64,000 nucleotides of DNA from Raja brachyura (Eukaryota): the NCBI GenBank assembly GCA_963514005.1, contig OY740797.1, forward strand, positions 45,446,001 through 45,510,000. Reading direction: 5' to 3'. Under the pieces are notes generated by a model. That model was given only the letters and a program-made list of their open reading frames with translations. It did no database searches and was not told the DNA's origin. Shown in pieces: positions 40,446 through 54,764 of this stretch (position 1 is the first letter of the stretch; each line of letters starts with the position of its first letter). Both the position numbers and the translations under genes were made by a program.

Positions 40446-43400
40446 ATGTGTTGTATGTTACTGAATGGCGTACTTAATGGAAGATATACCTAACATGTGA
40501 GAGAGGCAAATGCATGTTTTGGCCGTGGACAATTGGATACAAACAACAAATCTAGATTACAGTTATCGAGTGTAGGCTTATTCTGGGCATTGCAGGAAAA
40601 AAGTCAGTGATTAAAGTTGTGCTCGAGCAGCTACAAGAAAGTGCTGGAGGTAGGTGAATAATAAAGGTACCCGAGTTAGAGGAGTTGAAAGAAATGTGGA
40701 CCAGAAAAAACAAACTTTGAATGCAGGAATTATGAGATGCAAAGGCTATCTGAAATTATTGAAGTCACTTTGAGGCTGTAATGTGTCACGATAAAGGATA
40801 ATGTTCTGTTTCTCAATCCTACACTGAGTGTCATTGAAACAGTGTAGAGGGCTGAAGACAGGTTTGAGTAGAATTATGAAGGAAAATTAAAGCATCAGGC
40901 TTGGCCAGATGAATGGAGCCACTCTGCAAATAAAACTAAGAGAATATTGTGAGTATTGAACGCATTAAATTAAATTTGAAGAAATGCAATATTGTTTGAT
41001 CTGGAAAGTGTTTGTGTCCCTGGAGAGCAGAAAGAGAGGAGATAAAAGAGCAAATATTGCATTTCTTGAAGTTGTGCAGAGTTTGAAAAATTGGTAGAAT
41101 AGAATGCAGTCCTTACAGGAAGCAGGGTAGAGGAAATGTAGAATATTAACTGGGAGTGTGGATCTCAATTGCTAACCTACCCCCAAAAATGCAACGTTAC
41201 CTTTCAATTGGTGTATCCAACACTTGTTACAAACAGTGATTTACAAACTACAGTATAATTCATTTACCTATGGGGGAAATAATACATAGGAATCGCAGTT
41301 TTTTATTTGCATGGGGAAAATGCGATTTTATATAATTTATAGTGTGATAAATAATTCTGCTAGAAAGTTCCTTATTTTTGAATTAGTTGCTGACCAATTA
41401 TCTAAATAGTCAACAAATTCAGCAGCATATTCAAGTTCAAAGTTCTGATGCATGGTGCAAATAGACAATAGTAATATCAAATGCCTTGGAAGGTCAAACA
41501 TTATTATAATTAAGTGGATTGAAACTAATGAAAAGGAAATTATTTAATTATTCATTGTTATCTTACTATAACTATTTCTTTAAAGATGCTACTTTTCATA
41601 TAATGACACAAAACATGGACCTGGATTTAACATTTGAAGTGAAATCTGTAGTATTTATTGTCTGTTAAATGTTAACTAAGTAATCAGATTTCCTGTGCAT
41701 CGTACCTAGAATAAAACACATGGTGCATGCCTTTGGAATTTAAATGGTTTAATTAATACCTGTAAGTATTACCATTCATTTATAGCGGAAAGAAAAATAG
41801 TTTCATGACGGCTATTTGCATTTAATATTTGCAGCTCAATGCTCAAGAATAGTATTGAAGTTTAATCATCCATCCCATGACCAGATTAATTCTCCCAATA
41901 ACCAAGATACAGTATAAAATAGTGTTGTTTCTGCTGGGCAATGAGCCATCATGGCTCTCTTTCAGTTTTAAGAACTGATTTTTCAATGAACAGCCATCCA
42001 TTTTGTTCTGTCTTTTACTATGGTGTTACTGTGAATCAAGGACTTGCCTTCCTTACTTTCATAAGTACTTTTAAGATGCATGTGATATATTCTTGAATTG
42101 TAATATGAGAAAAGTAGCTTAATATATTGTATATTTATTTGACTTTGCAAATATTCAAACAATTTACAGATGTGGAGTTCTATCATGATGTGCTTGCATC
42201 ATTTACATTATTTACTTAGTTACACTCTTATGTGCACGGCCTTGCTCACAACTGAGTTTATATTGACTCAAATCATTATTTACACATGCTTACACAGATC
42301 TGTACCATTTAACTATCGAGAAAATATTGTCGGTCGTTTTTTCCCTCCCATGCTCAAAATATTCCATGCAACATACTTTTTTCTCTTTCAAAAGATTTTG
42401 ACATAGCATAACATTTCCCTACAATTATATAAATTTGGTCTTTTTTTAATTGAGTATACTTTTCTGTGTGGTACCTATGCTCAGTAAATTGATGAATCTG
42501 GGTGCTTTCGTTATCATTGTCCATTCTATTGACTTAGATGGTTACAGAGCATGGCCTTGAGCCACAGTTTGTTTGTCTCATTATTCTCAAGCTCCTAATT
42601 CTGCTGCTATTCAATTTTGAGTTCCACTGATGCACTCTAGATTCTCAAACGGAGTTTTTTAGAAAAATGCTATCAAAGGAATTCAATTCAAAAACATGGC
42701 AGAAAATAGGCAGAACATATTTAGCAGGATCTTCTGCTGGTTTGAAGTAAGTGACTAAATAATCTGTCTGTGCATTGTTATTTAAAGGATACATTTGACC
42801 AGTGTCAGGCGAATTTCCTTTCTTTATTTGTAATGTTATTCTTTAAAAGAAAATCTGATAGAGTAGAATTTTCTCGGTTGAATCTCAGATTTGAAAATTG
42901 ACTCATCCAATGTTATGCACTCCCTCAACACTGCACTGAAATGTAAATTTAGGTTATGGTTTTGGAGTGTGGCTAAAAATCATACTTTTATTCAGAGGCA
43001 AGAGTGCAGCTACAGTTCTTAAGTAGACTGAATATGTCCTTCCGTGAACTACTGTTAAGCTAACATAAGTGTGCTTAAAAAAAATCATAACTACTGTTCC
43101 TGAGAGGAAATATTATTTCTACACCTTTTAGAATTTAGATTTGGTAGAATAAGGAATTAAATTTGTTTGCATTATCATAATTGTTTCATTTCTCCCCTTG
43201 GTTCATAGTCAGTAAAATCTTTTTTAAAAACCTAAAGCCATTTAATGTTTCCTGAAGATTAGACGCAAAGTGCTGGAGTAACTCAGCAGGATAGGCAGCA
43301 TCTCTGGCGAGAAGGAATGGGTGATGTTTTGGGTCGAACAATGTTTGCCTACATTGATTTACACACCTTATAAAACAGACACTAATAATTTAAAATTGAA

Positions 43401-43787
43401 GCCATTTTAATGTATTCATCTTAATCCTTGATAATCAGAAATTAGCCTAAGAAAAAATAACTATTGCCATTTTAAGTTTAATCACAGTGCATACTTTCAA
43501 GATGATGTATTGTGCTAAGAAATTAAGCATGAAAATCCTAAGAAACAATATGTGAGGTGCTTATATAATCTACTTGGTGTACATGTAAAGTTAAAATGTA
43601 ATAATTTGCTTTGCTATTTTTGTAATAGATTTCTCATTTAGAAATAATTGAACATTTTAAGCACAAAACCTTATTCCCATTTTGTACTGCAATTTGCAAA
43701 ATCCTTCGGAACTTTCATTTTGTCTCAAAGTTCGTGTACACATTTCATAGATTAGAAACTGATTTTGTGTTTCTTTTTTCATTACAG

Positions 43788-43922
43788 CTCAACCAGCAGG
43801 AGCACCTGAGATATTGAAAAAAAGCCTACATACTTGCTCAGTGAAAGGAGGTGAAGATTTATTTCTGATTGGAAAAAACTTTTTGAAAGGCACGAAAGTT
43901 ATTTTTCAGGAAAACAATTCAG
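43788..43922 (+). CDS. NFAT5: NFAT5 coding exon: IPT/dimerisation domain, 135 nt, phase 1/1
   Basis: [45 protein letters not shown]; ttacag acceptor and G|gtgaat donor. Confidence 0.96.
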
Positions 43923-46848
43923 GTGAATTAATTATTTGAGTGGCATTGCAAGAAACTATCAAAACTGTATATGCATAATGTGAATGGGATTAGTGGTTAG
44001 CTCCATTTCATGTTAAGTGGTTCAACCATTTTTTCAAACAAACAACTACCTCCAGGCATATTAGTTTTTTTTATAATGGTGTCGGCAACTGCAGATTGCA
44101 TGTTACACCATGCTCCAATATGATTTCAAACTGTCCAGTGCAACAACGTGTATACGCATAATACAGCATAATACTAATTATATGTTGTATAATGGGACAC
44201 CACAGAAAACAAGCCACCAGTTGACTGAGACTGTGTATTTGGCTTCAGAATAGTGAGTATCATGTCTTTACTTATTTTGCAGTATAACTTGAATTCAGCT
44301 GTGTAATCGTTACAATCTTTTTTACTCAGAAATTAGCAGTTTCTAGTTCTATTCTACATGTTGAAAACGAAGTATACAAAACAAAGAATAAATCATTTCA
44401 AATCCCTTCAAATTCAAATTGTGGAGATTTTTAAAATAATGATATTGTATATATTTATTAAAACTACATATGGCAGTTAAAATAATAAACTACCATACAA
44501 GGCCATACAACATCAAGATGTTTTTAATAAAGATTTAACTTGAATTGTAAGTTGTCTTTGTAAATCTATGCAAATACTTAAAATTCAGTTTAGTTGATAT
44601 AAATCAAGTCATTTTAAAAGGAGTAGGCAATTAATGAATCAAATCTAGAACTACTTTTGCAGAATATGAGCTTCATTTGTTTAACATTTCCAATAAATTA
44701 CCTCTCCCTAACAAATGCTGCACTCACGTGCGGTATGGAAAGAGTTGAATAATTGATTTAAGGCTGCTTTCTATATATCTGGTCAAATATTCAAAGATTT
44801 TTCTTATAAATTATTCTGGTTTATAATGCTTTCAAAGGCAAAAGTTTCATATGTTGTTGTGAAGTAAATTAAAATTGTAAGCTATTAGCTCCAGGTGATA
44901 CTAAAACAGGTTTATAAGCAGTTTGCATTTGAATGAACAATAAATTATGAATAAAACAATGCAAGGTCATTTGTAACTTGTTTTTAAGGGTTTGAAATCG
45001 TTAATGTTATATTTAACTAAGGGTTTCCAGAAAAATCCCCCATATTTTCTTCAGTGATATTTACATAGCATTTTATCAGACTGCCACATCTCAGTGCACA
45101 CATTTTTTTTCGGAGGTACAAGGCCTGTTGCTCACATAGACAAACATAGTAAGGACTCCATGCCTGCAAGATCCAGTAAACAGCAATACACAATCTGTTG
45201 TGTGATTTTGATGAAGAAGGCAAACTGATTTCCTTTAAACAGTGATCATAGGATCTTAATACATTTGATAAACTGGAGCAAATGATTTTTCACAATTTAA
45301 TATTTAATTTAAAGGATGGAATTTCAATAATTTATCACTCACTGAAGTTGATGTGATAGAATTCTGCAATATTCTTAACTGGAAGAAACTGAACTGAGAC
45401 ATCCTAATATACTGGATTGTCTTATCCATGGTAATGTGAGCAAATATCAAAGGGAAATGGGTGAGGTGGAGTGGGATAGTGAAAAATAATGAACTATTTG
45501 CTGTCCTATGGTTCCAGAAAGAGTGCATGACTCTGGAAAATTTAGCAAAGATGGAATCATTCTGAAGGTAAAATTATCTGGAAACAAAACTGAATTAATA
45601 GCAAAATAAACTGTAGATGGAAAAAAAACTCAGCTGGTCAAGCAACATCAATAGAGAAAGAATCAAAGAATGTTTCAAGTTAAAGACCTTTGACCAGCAA
45701 GAGGCATCTAGAAAACAAGCCATGTTTTAAGAGAAGACCCAAGGAACTGCAGATGTTGGAACCTTGAGCAAAACACAAAGTGCTGGTGTGACTCAGCGGG
45801 TCAGGCAGCAGCTGTGGAGGCGATGTTTCGGGTTGGGACCCTTCTTCAGACTATGTTTTAAGTTGCAGAGAGTGGGAGGGATGGGAGAACAAATAGAATG
45901 TCAGTGTTAGAGTGAGCACTGAGAGAGATGGAAATGATGGAGGTGAAGATGGTGCTGCTGGAGAGGGTTTGCTAATTGCAGGGGAAGAGATAAAAAGGTG
46001 ATTGCGAACAGAAAAGAAGCTAAACAAAATATGTTGTTTGTATAAGATGCAAACAAGTTCTCCTGAAACTCAACTCGCACTAAATCAAGGTAGCAATCCA
46101 CATGTTCAGAATTATGCCTGCATCTTTGTGGAAAGCCCATGTTTCAGCCCTACACTGGCTCCCTCTTCACCTCTTTTATCAGTATATTGATCACTCTATT
46201 GGAATTGCTAGTTGCTTATATAAAATCCAAAAGATATCTACCAATTTTCATCCTATTTTCACTTTTGAAATGACTTTCAGCGGCATCTGATTTACTTCCA
46301 ACTGCTGCTTTCTCCCCATGCAGACTACCCTCAGCCCCACCAGTGTCCATATCTGACAGAACATTTTCTGATTCACACCACTTTCAGTGTTTACCTACTA
46401 GCACATGCGGCTATACATCTCCCCCTTGCATCCCTATCATTTTAATTATTTGTCCCACAACCTCTCAACTTTTCATTGGTCCCCTTAAACTATTCCACAG
46501 AAGCTCAATAAACGCATGGAGTAAGAAAAAGTTCTATGGGAACTCAGTTGGTCAGTGTTCATACCATTGGGCTGTTAGCTACCCAACATTAATTTCTCCA
46601 ATTTGGAATAGTACCACCATCTCCCACCAACCAAGTTGCCCTTCTTCTTTCCCCACCTCTGCATGCATTCTCCCATTCTGTCCCTGTCACCTTTATCCCT
46701 CCCTCTGGCTTTACATTTTACTCCTCTTCTTTCCTTATCTGACACGCTTTTGTCTCCTTTGCATCTTTAGCCTTTGTCACATACTCCACCCATCAGCCAA
46801 TCAGCCTCCCCTCACCTGCATCTGCTATCACAGCCGGGCTTTGTTCTA

Positions 46849-47207
46849 AAGGGCCTGTCCCACTGTACGAGGTAATTCAAGAGTTCTCCCGAGTTTTCCC
46901 CTGATTTGAACTCGGAGAATGTTTGTAGCGGGTCCGTAGGAGTTCGTGGATGTCCCGTAGTGGCTCGTACGAGTAAAAAGTAACAATTCTTTTCATCACG
47001 AGTATTTTTTTACTCGTGGACATTTTTCACAGTGTTGCAAAAACATCACAAGTTTACCGGATTTCCCAAGTACCCACAGTTACGAGTACGAGCCGCTACG
47101 AGACATCTATGAACTCCTATGTACCTGCTACGGACATTCTCCGAGTTCGAATCAGGGGAAAACTCGGGAGAACTCTTGAATTACTTCGTACAGTGGGACA
47201 GGCCCTT
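46849..47207. mobile_element. Fold-back MITE with ~120-bp inverted arms
   Basis: aagggcctgtcccactgtacgaggtaattcaagagttctcccgag... is mirrored at the right end; flanked by ta...ta. Confidence 0.88.
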
Positions 47208-47299
47208 TACCTCTCATTTCCAACTTTCGCCTCACTGCTCCAATCAATCTGAGGCAGTCCTGAACCAAAATGTCATGTCCATTCCCTCCACAAATGCTG

Positions 47300-48640
47300 G
47301 GAACTATAGACCAGTAAGCCTAACATCTGTGATTCAAAAATTAGTGGAGAGGATTCTGAGGGGTAAAATATATTTGGAACGATGGGTTGAAGAAGGATAG
47401 TCAACTTCGTTTAGTGCGTGGCAGATTATGTCTCTCTCAAATTTGATTCGTTTTTTTTTAAATTAACCATGACATTTGACAAGGGTAGGACTATAGGCGT
47501 AGTTTATGTGGACTTTAGAAAGGCCTTTGATAAAGATCTACATGGTAGGCTGCACAGGAAGGTTAGATTGCATAGGACCCAGAGAGAGTATGCTAACTGG
47601 ATACATAATTGGCTTCATAGAACGCATGTGGGGTGATGGAAGATAGTTTTCCAGAAGAGGCAAGTGGCTCGTAGTATGCCTCAGGGATCAGAGTTGGGCC
47701 TATTGCTGTTTGTCATCATTGTCAATGATTTGGATGAGAATGTAGAGGGATGTTTAGTAAATTGTCGGTTGACATTAAAATTGGTGGAATTGTAAACATT
47801 GAAATTGGTTATTGTAAATTAGACTGGTGTCTTTTCAGCTGGGCAAATGGGCTGAGGGACGGCAAATGGAATTTAATTGGGTTAACTGCAAGGTGTTGCA
47901 TTTTGGTAAGTCAGGGCATGACTTTCACAATAAAAGGCAGGACCCTGGGGAGTATTGTAGAGCAGAGGTATCTCAAAATACAAGTACATAGTTCCCTGAA
48001 AGTGGCATCAATGGTGGATAGGGTAGTGAAGATGCTTTTGGCATGCTGACCTTCACCAGTCAGGGAATTGAGTACAGAGGTTGGGATGTTATGTTGCTGT
48101 TGTACAATATGTTGATGAGGCCGCACTTGGAGTATTATGTTCAGTTTTGGTCACCCTGCTATAGTAAAGATTCAATTCAGATCAAAGGTATTGAGGGATG
48201 TTTTACGAGGTTGTTGCCAGGACTCTGAGGTCTGAGTTTTCAGGAAAGTTTGGCAGGCTAGGACTTTATTCCTTGGAGCACAGAGGGCTGAGGGGTGGTC
48301 TTAAAGAAATGTGTATAAAATCATGAGGAGAATAGATAGGGTGAATGAACAGAATTTTTATTTGATCAGGAGTTGGGGATTCAGGAACCAGAGGCCATAG
48401 TTTTAAGGTTTAATAGGAATCGGAGGGACACATTTTTCACTCAGAGGGTGATGGGATTGTGGAACGAGCCACCGGAGGAGGTAGTTGAGGCAGGTACCAT
48501 AACAGCATTTCAAAGATATTTGGACCAGTGCATGGATATTAAAGGTTTGAAGAGATATGGACCAAACATGGGCAAATGGGATTAGCTTAATTGGGACATC
48601 TTGATTGTCTTGGACGAATTCGGCCGAAGGGCCTCTTCCA
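47300..48640 (+). mobile_element. CR1 LINE RT fragment, decayed
   Basis: NYRPVSLTSV, YVDFRKAFDK, RPHLEYYVQFWSP, FTQRVMGLWN. Confidence 0.88.
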
Positions 48641-48771
48641 TGATGTAAGATTCTGAGAGTCAGCATGGATTTATGAAAGGAAAACAATAAATGCTATCAA
48701 ATCAACATACCAGGAAAACAAACTACTGTTAGATCCTATATTAACATTTTCATTTTTTTGATTTTATGTAG

Positions 48772-48827
48772 ATGACAAAAACTCTTGGAACTCAGAAGCT
48801 GAAATAGACATGGAACTTTTTCATCAG
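48772..48827 (+). CDS. NFAT5: NFAT5 coding exon: IPT, 56 nt, phase 1/0
   Basis: DDKNSWNSEAEIDMELFHQ; atgtag acceptor and CAG|gtgagc donor. Confidence 0.95.
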
Positions 48828-49307
48828 GTGAGCTTAAAGAGTTAAAAGCATTTTTTCATGAAAAAGGTGTGTTAAAATTCAAATTTACTCTGCTTTTGTT
48901 CTGTAAAATACTGATCTTTCTTAACACTTTGTGGCTTTGCACATTTCCATCCGGTCATTTCGATAAAATTGTGTGCAAAATGTTTATCAAACCATATATT
49001 TAATTTTGATTTTTTGCTTCCAAACTTTATCTTCAGTTTAGGTAGCATGGTGCCCTTGATTTTGTCAATAGAGATTTACAAAGTAGAGATATCTAGGCCG
49101 ATAATGGATGATGATAATAGTTAACATCAAACCTGACTTCCAGTCTTCACTGCACTAAGAGATTATTAGCTAAATGGGAAAATAATGCATTTTTATCTCG
49201 GCTGTAAGTTAGTGCTTAGAAATTGGACCTATATGCATTAGTTAGATTACATCAATGATCATGACTGGGCACCCCTCAGAAAATTGTACTGGATATTTAC
49301 AGCTGCA

Positions 49308-50570
49308 GATAGACACAAAATGCTGTAGTAACTCAGAAGGACAGGCAGCATCTCTGGAGAGAAGGAATGGGTGATGTTTTGGGTTGATACCCTTCTTCAG
49401 ATTGAGAGTCATGGCAGTGGGAGATACAGAGATAAGGAAGGGTAAGGTGTGAACAGGAAACTAGGATCAAGGAAAATGTAGAATAGATCATTGTTAGCTA
49501 GGAGAAGGTGACTACAAAGCAAAAAGATAAAGTGGAATTGGGGACAGTCGGGTTGATGGGAGCACTGGTAAGGGGGAGGGATGGGGAGAGAGGGAAAGCA
49601 AGGGTTACTTGAAGTTAGAGAAATCAATATTCATACCGCTGGGGTGTAAGCTGCCCAAGCAAAATATGAGGTGCTGTTCCTCCAATTTGTGCTGGGCCTC
49701 ACTCTGACAATGGAGGAGGCCCAGGTCAGTGTGGGAATGGGAGGGGGAGTTAAAGTGTTTAGCAACCAGCGGATCAGGTAGGTTTAGGCAGACTGAGCGG
49801 AGGTGTTCAGCGAAACGATTGCCAAGCCTGCCCTTGGTCTCGCCGATAATAAGAGTCCACACCCGGAACAGCGGATGCGGTAGATGACGTTGGAGGATGT
49901 GCAAGTGATCTCTGCCTCACCAGAAAAGACTATTGCGGTCCTTGGATAGAATCAGGGGGAGGGGGTGGTTGCAGGGGAAAGTACCTGGAGAGGGGATGGT
50001 TTGGGTGGGAGGGATGCGTTAACCAGGGAATTGCAGAGGGAATGGTCCCTGCGGAAAGGGGTGCAGATGGGAAGATGTGGTTGATGGTGGGATCCTGTTG
50101 GAGATGGGGGAAATGTCTGAGGATTATGGGGTGAAAGGTGTGGACCAGGGGACTCTGTCCCTGTTACGACTGGGGGGACTGGGAGCAAGAGTAGAGCTGC
50201 GGCATCTGTGATGGAAGAGGGAAACCCCCGTTCCCTAAAGAATGAGGACATCTTAGATGTCCTTGTATGGAACACCTCATCTTGGGCGCAGATGCGAAAT
50301 AGACGGAGGAATTGGGAGTTGGCGATAGAGTATTTGCAGGAGGCTGGGAGGGAAGAAATGTAGTCTGGATAGCTGCGGGAGTCAGAAGGTTTATAGTAGG
50401 TGACATCGATAGTCTATCTCCTGTCATGGTGACAGTGAGATCAAAAACGGTAGGGAGATGTCAGAGATGGCCCAAGTGAATTTGAGTGCAGGATGAAAAT
50501 TAGTAGTGAACTTAATGGAGTCTGTGAGTTCTGCATGGTGCAGGACGTAGCCCCGATGCAGTCGTCAATG
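49308..50570 (-). mobile_element. Penelope-like element (RT C-terminus, GIY-YIG domain, 3' end)
   Basis: IGETKGRLGNRFAEHLRSV...VAKHFN...KLEEQHLIFCLGSLHPSGMNIDFS; SSFFRERGFPS. Confidence 0.85.
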
Positions 50571-50931
50571 CTATTCACTTAAACTATTATGTTGTTTCCT
50601 AACTACAATTATGACATGCTCTGTTTTTCATACATTTTATATTCCACTGATTGTGTTCTCACTCACTAACTCACCTGATTTCACAGCTTTTAAGTGATTT
50701 TCTCTAGATTCCTTCTGTCTAACAGCTCCCATGAACCGGATGACCACATTGACAGGTTATTTCCACAGGTTATTGGCCTCATTCTATCAGGGATATTCCC
50801 TTTGTCAATAGCCATACAGTAGCTTCACATTGAGAGAATGATATCCCTTTTGGTACTGATTTTATCTTGAGTTGAGAACCAGCAGTGCTTTCATCACTTG
50901 TCACCATTCCCTCCAAAGTTCAACAATTTGA

Positions 50932-51225
50932 AGAGGTGGCGTAGTGGTAGAGTTGCTGCCTCACAGCTCCAGCTCCAGGTTTGATCCTGACTACGGGTAC
51001 TGTCTGCATGGAGTTTGTACATTTTCCCCGTGACCGTGCAGGTTTTCTCCGGATACTCTGGTTTTCTCCCATACTCCAAAGACGTACGGGTTTGTTAGTT
51101 TATTGGCTTTGGTAAATATTGTCCCTAGTGTGTAGGACAGTGTTTGTGTTCGGGGAACGCTCGTCGGCGCAGACTCAGTAGGCCGAAGGGCCTGTTTCCG
51201 CGCTGTATCTCTACATTAAACTAAA
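50932..51225 (+). mobile_element. tRNA-derived SINE (V-SINE/HE1-like), near full length
   Basis: A-box tggcgtagtggtag, B-box-like ggtttgatcc, central ggagtttgtac...ctccaaagacgt, tail ggccgaagggcctgtttcc...taaactaaa. Confidence 0.8.
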
Positions 51226-52676
51226 GATAATGGAGGCACGAAGCACGTACAGTTGTAGCAACAGGTGGAGGAGATCAATCAACAAGTAACTTGAATGTTC
51301 TTGATGATTCTTTTAATTCCTCCATTTGAGAAGGATGAGGTTATTCAATCCTGTTACCCGTCACATGTTCAATCATGTATGATTAAGAATGAAGATTAAC
51401 TGTGCATTAGGATCCAAAATTTCAGTCCTCATTTGCACCATGATATCTCGACTATCTGCCTGTCTGCTTTGCTTTAGCAACGTCCACTAATAAAGTCATC
51501 AAAATTGTGTGAGGTAAATTGGAACGATTTGTTCCCCTTTAATTGGGAGTTCAACAGATATGGGGCATATCCAGAAATTAATTACTAGATGGATTAGAGG
51601 AGAGCTGAGGAAAACTTTTATCAATAAAGGGTGCTGGGCTCTGGAACACACTGCCGGAAAGAATAATGAATACAGCATATTACCCTGCATAGAAACGTAG
51701 AAAATAGGTGCAGGTAGGCCATTTGGCCCTTCGAGCCAGCAACCGCCATTCAGTATGATCATGGCTGATCATCCAAAATCAGTACCCCGTTCCTGCTTTC
51801 TCCCCATATCCCTTGATTCCGTTAGCCCTAAAAGCTATATCTAACCAAGAAGATTGGTTGGCTAACAGGAAAAAGAAGAGACATACAATTGATCTTATTC
51901 TATGAGATCCAATGAGTGCTATGCCAAAGAGATCAGTGCTGGGGCCTCTAAACGTTAACAGGTTATTTGATGTCGATAGAGGTACTGAAGATAAATTTGC
52001 TGTTGCTACAAAGCAAATGTATGTTTCAATTTGGCACACACGGGTGGGATTCCTGGCTAACATCTGCATGTCTTGCGACTAAAATAATATTTTCATATTA
52101 GCCATATTTACAGAGCCCTGCTTTTGGAACATGTTGGTTTCCTATACGTTTTGAAATTCACTGCTGTTTCCAGTTATCTGAAAGAAAGTCGTCTGGGCAA
52201 TTGAGTCTATGCTGGCTCCTTTTCAGAATAATTTTGGTAACCCCCATTTGCCTATTATTGCTCCAAAGATCTGCATATTATTCTTTCTTAAATTATATTG
52301 TATCCTTTTGATGACATTGATTGATCTACATCCATCATCACTGCAGACACCAAATTCCAAATCAGAATTAATCCAAGTCAAAAACTAAATTCCTCACATC
52401 CTCTCCTCAATTTACCTTATTCTAAGGAGGAGAATCCAATGTTTTTCAATCAGATGTATTAGTTAAAATCACTCATGTATAGAACCATTTTTATCAATCT
52501 TCTCTGCATTCTTTGTAGGATCATTCATCCTTCATTAGATTACTTGAGTAGAATTGTACATGATACTTAAACCCTTAAATAAGTGTTTTAATAATTAAAG
52601 CTTAAAAGCTCTTGAACTTTTTGTTTAACTGTAATCATCACTCATGTGATTTTGTTTTCTTATCTTCTTTTCAAAG

Positions 52677-52809
52677 AATCACCTTATTGTGAAAGTTCCT
52701 GCGTACCATAATCAACTTATAACAACACCAGTTTCAGTTGGTATATATGTCATAACCAATGCTGGAAGATCACATGAAGTACAGCCTTTTACCTTCACTC
52801 CAGATCTGG
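52677..52809 (+). CDS. NFAT5: NFAT5 coding exon: IPT, 133 nt, phase 0/1
   Basis: [44 protein letters not shown]; ttcaaag acceptor and G|gtgggt donor. Confidence 0.95.
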
Positions 52810-53764
52810 GTGGGTTGTTCAATAAATGTTTGCTTCATTTTCTAACTAATCTTTTATCTAAAAGGACAAAAAAAAAGATCAGTTATCATCACCAGAAGCA
52901 TATGTTTTATTAAATCTTACAACATTGCTGAAAGTCACTGTACAGACCAGATTTTAATCAGTCATTCATAGAATTGATTCCCAGCTGAAAAATGAGCTGG
53001 AGTAGAACGGTTATTAGCTTCACACAATGTTATGCTATAACTAAATTAACTTACAATTTTTTTATCTGATTCCAATATTCCCTTTCCAAACAGATCAATC
53101 TTAAAACAGATTCTTGAACCATTAAAACAATCTTGAACCAAAACCTACATATGTGTCATTGTTTTCTTATAGTTGGCTGTATCCAGGCTCCCACAACATT
53201 GGCATTTCCATTCTATCTGTTTATGATTATTTTGTATGTTAATTTGTCTAGGTTGATTTAATTTTGTTGGCCCTCTGCATCTTTTAAATGTAGTTGCTTT
53301 TGTCTGCAAGTTAATACATAGAGCAGTACAGTACAGGAACAAGCCCTTTGGCCCACAATGTCTGTGCCAAACATGATGCCAAGTTAAACTAATCTCCTGT
53401 GCCTGCCCGTGATCCATGTCCCTCCATTTCCTGCATATCTATATGCCTTTCCAAATTATTATTTTTTTAATGTGTTCCTTGAGGTCCAATGCATCTTCGT
53501 CAAGGCAAATAACAAAGAGATTTGTGATTTCTGTGTTAATGGATTCAATTTATTACATTTGATTATTTTAAAGCAACATTCCTAAATACAAATATTTATA
53601 GTAAAAGTTTAATATTGTATGCGATAGCTTAATCTTCATGATTTACTTACCGTTCTGAAAAATTAGATGAGGAATCTTTATAGTTACATTTTGAAATGTT
53701 TGATGAAAGAAATCTAACAAAAGGTAAACATTTTAAAAATCGTTGTATTTTGTTTACGCTTTAG

Positions 53765-53836
53765 CAAACTCATCAGATATCACTGTGAAGAAAGAAATTG
53801 GTGTACAACCATGTTCCATTGACGAAGCAATGAAAG
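53765..53836 (+). CDS. NFAT5: NFAT5 coding exon, 72 nt, phase 1/1
   Basis: ANSSDITVKKEIGVQPCSIDEAMK resembles human VKKEI...PCSFEEAMK; ctttag acceptor and G|gtataa donor. Confidence 0.9.
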
Positions 53837-54764
53837 GTATAATGAGTTTTGTATACATAAAAATGCAGTAAAATTGCCTGTGCAGTCAGGGCTCTGGTTT
53901 CCAATTACTGACTGTCAAATTTAAAAGTGTAGGTCAAAAACTTAAAAATGCAAAGAAGTAACTTTTTGGCAATAGCAATGTGCAAAAGCAACAGAACATT
54001 GATGATTAACTAAGGGGCTCCTATGCCCCCTTCATTTTCGTTACAGGTTTCTTCTTTGTAGCACGCTTTACCGGTTAACCACAAATTTGAACATAGACCA
54101 TTTCAGTATAAGAACGCTGACTTTATTTCACAGAGATATTATAAAAGTTTCTGCAGTTGTCCATATATACTCTCAAGAAGCACTTGCTAAAGGGAGAAAA
54201 TATACTAAAATAAGTTTTAAGTAGGATCCATTTATTTATTTAATCTGGGTAAAGAGAATTCAGTTGTGGAAGGTTTGCCCTAAAGCATTAGTTTGTCAGT
54301 AGTTTATATTCAAATAACATCATTATGGCTACTGCAGTTTGAATAAATGAATTGTCATTGGCACTAGTTCAAGGTCAAACTTTATAAACTGCTTTTGAAT
54401 ATCTGATGTGGAGACAATAATAAGTTTAATCAATTCTTTATTTTTAATCAATTCTTCACGTTCCATTTTTTTGCTGCCCATTCTGCAATCATAGTATAAA
54501 TATATTTAAGATTACTGCAGGCGATTATTTAATACTGGTTTTCAAACAAAAATAATTTTGAAAGTATTGATTTGTTTACCTTTGTTTCCAAAGCCATGTC
54601 ATCTGCACATGATTCAAGAAAAGCGAGTTGGAACGAAACTAATTTTGTCCTTTTTTTTCACACAAATTTTGTATCTGTATCCCTGATTTATTTGGTATCA
54701 ATTTGTGGATTTCATAAAGACAAATTTCCATTACCCAAATGATTGTAACACGAGGCTCACCTGT

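Noticed and set aside
50932-51000. tRNA gene
   Set aside because: The A/B-box-like motifs belong to a SINE head and there is no complete cloverleaf.
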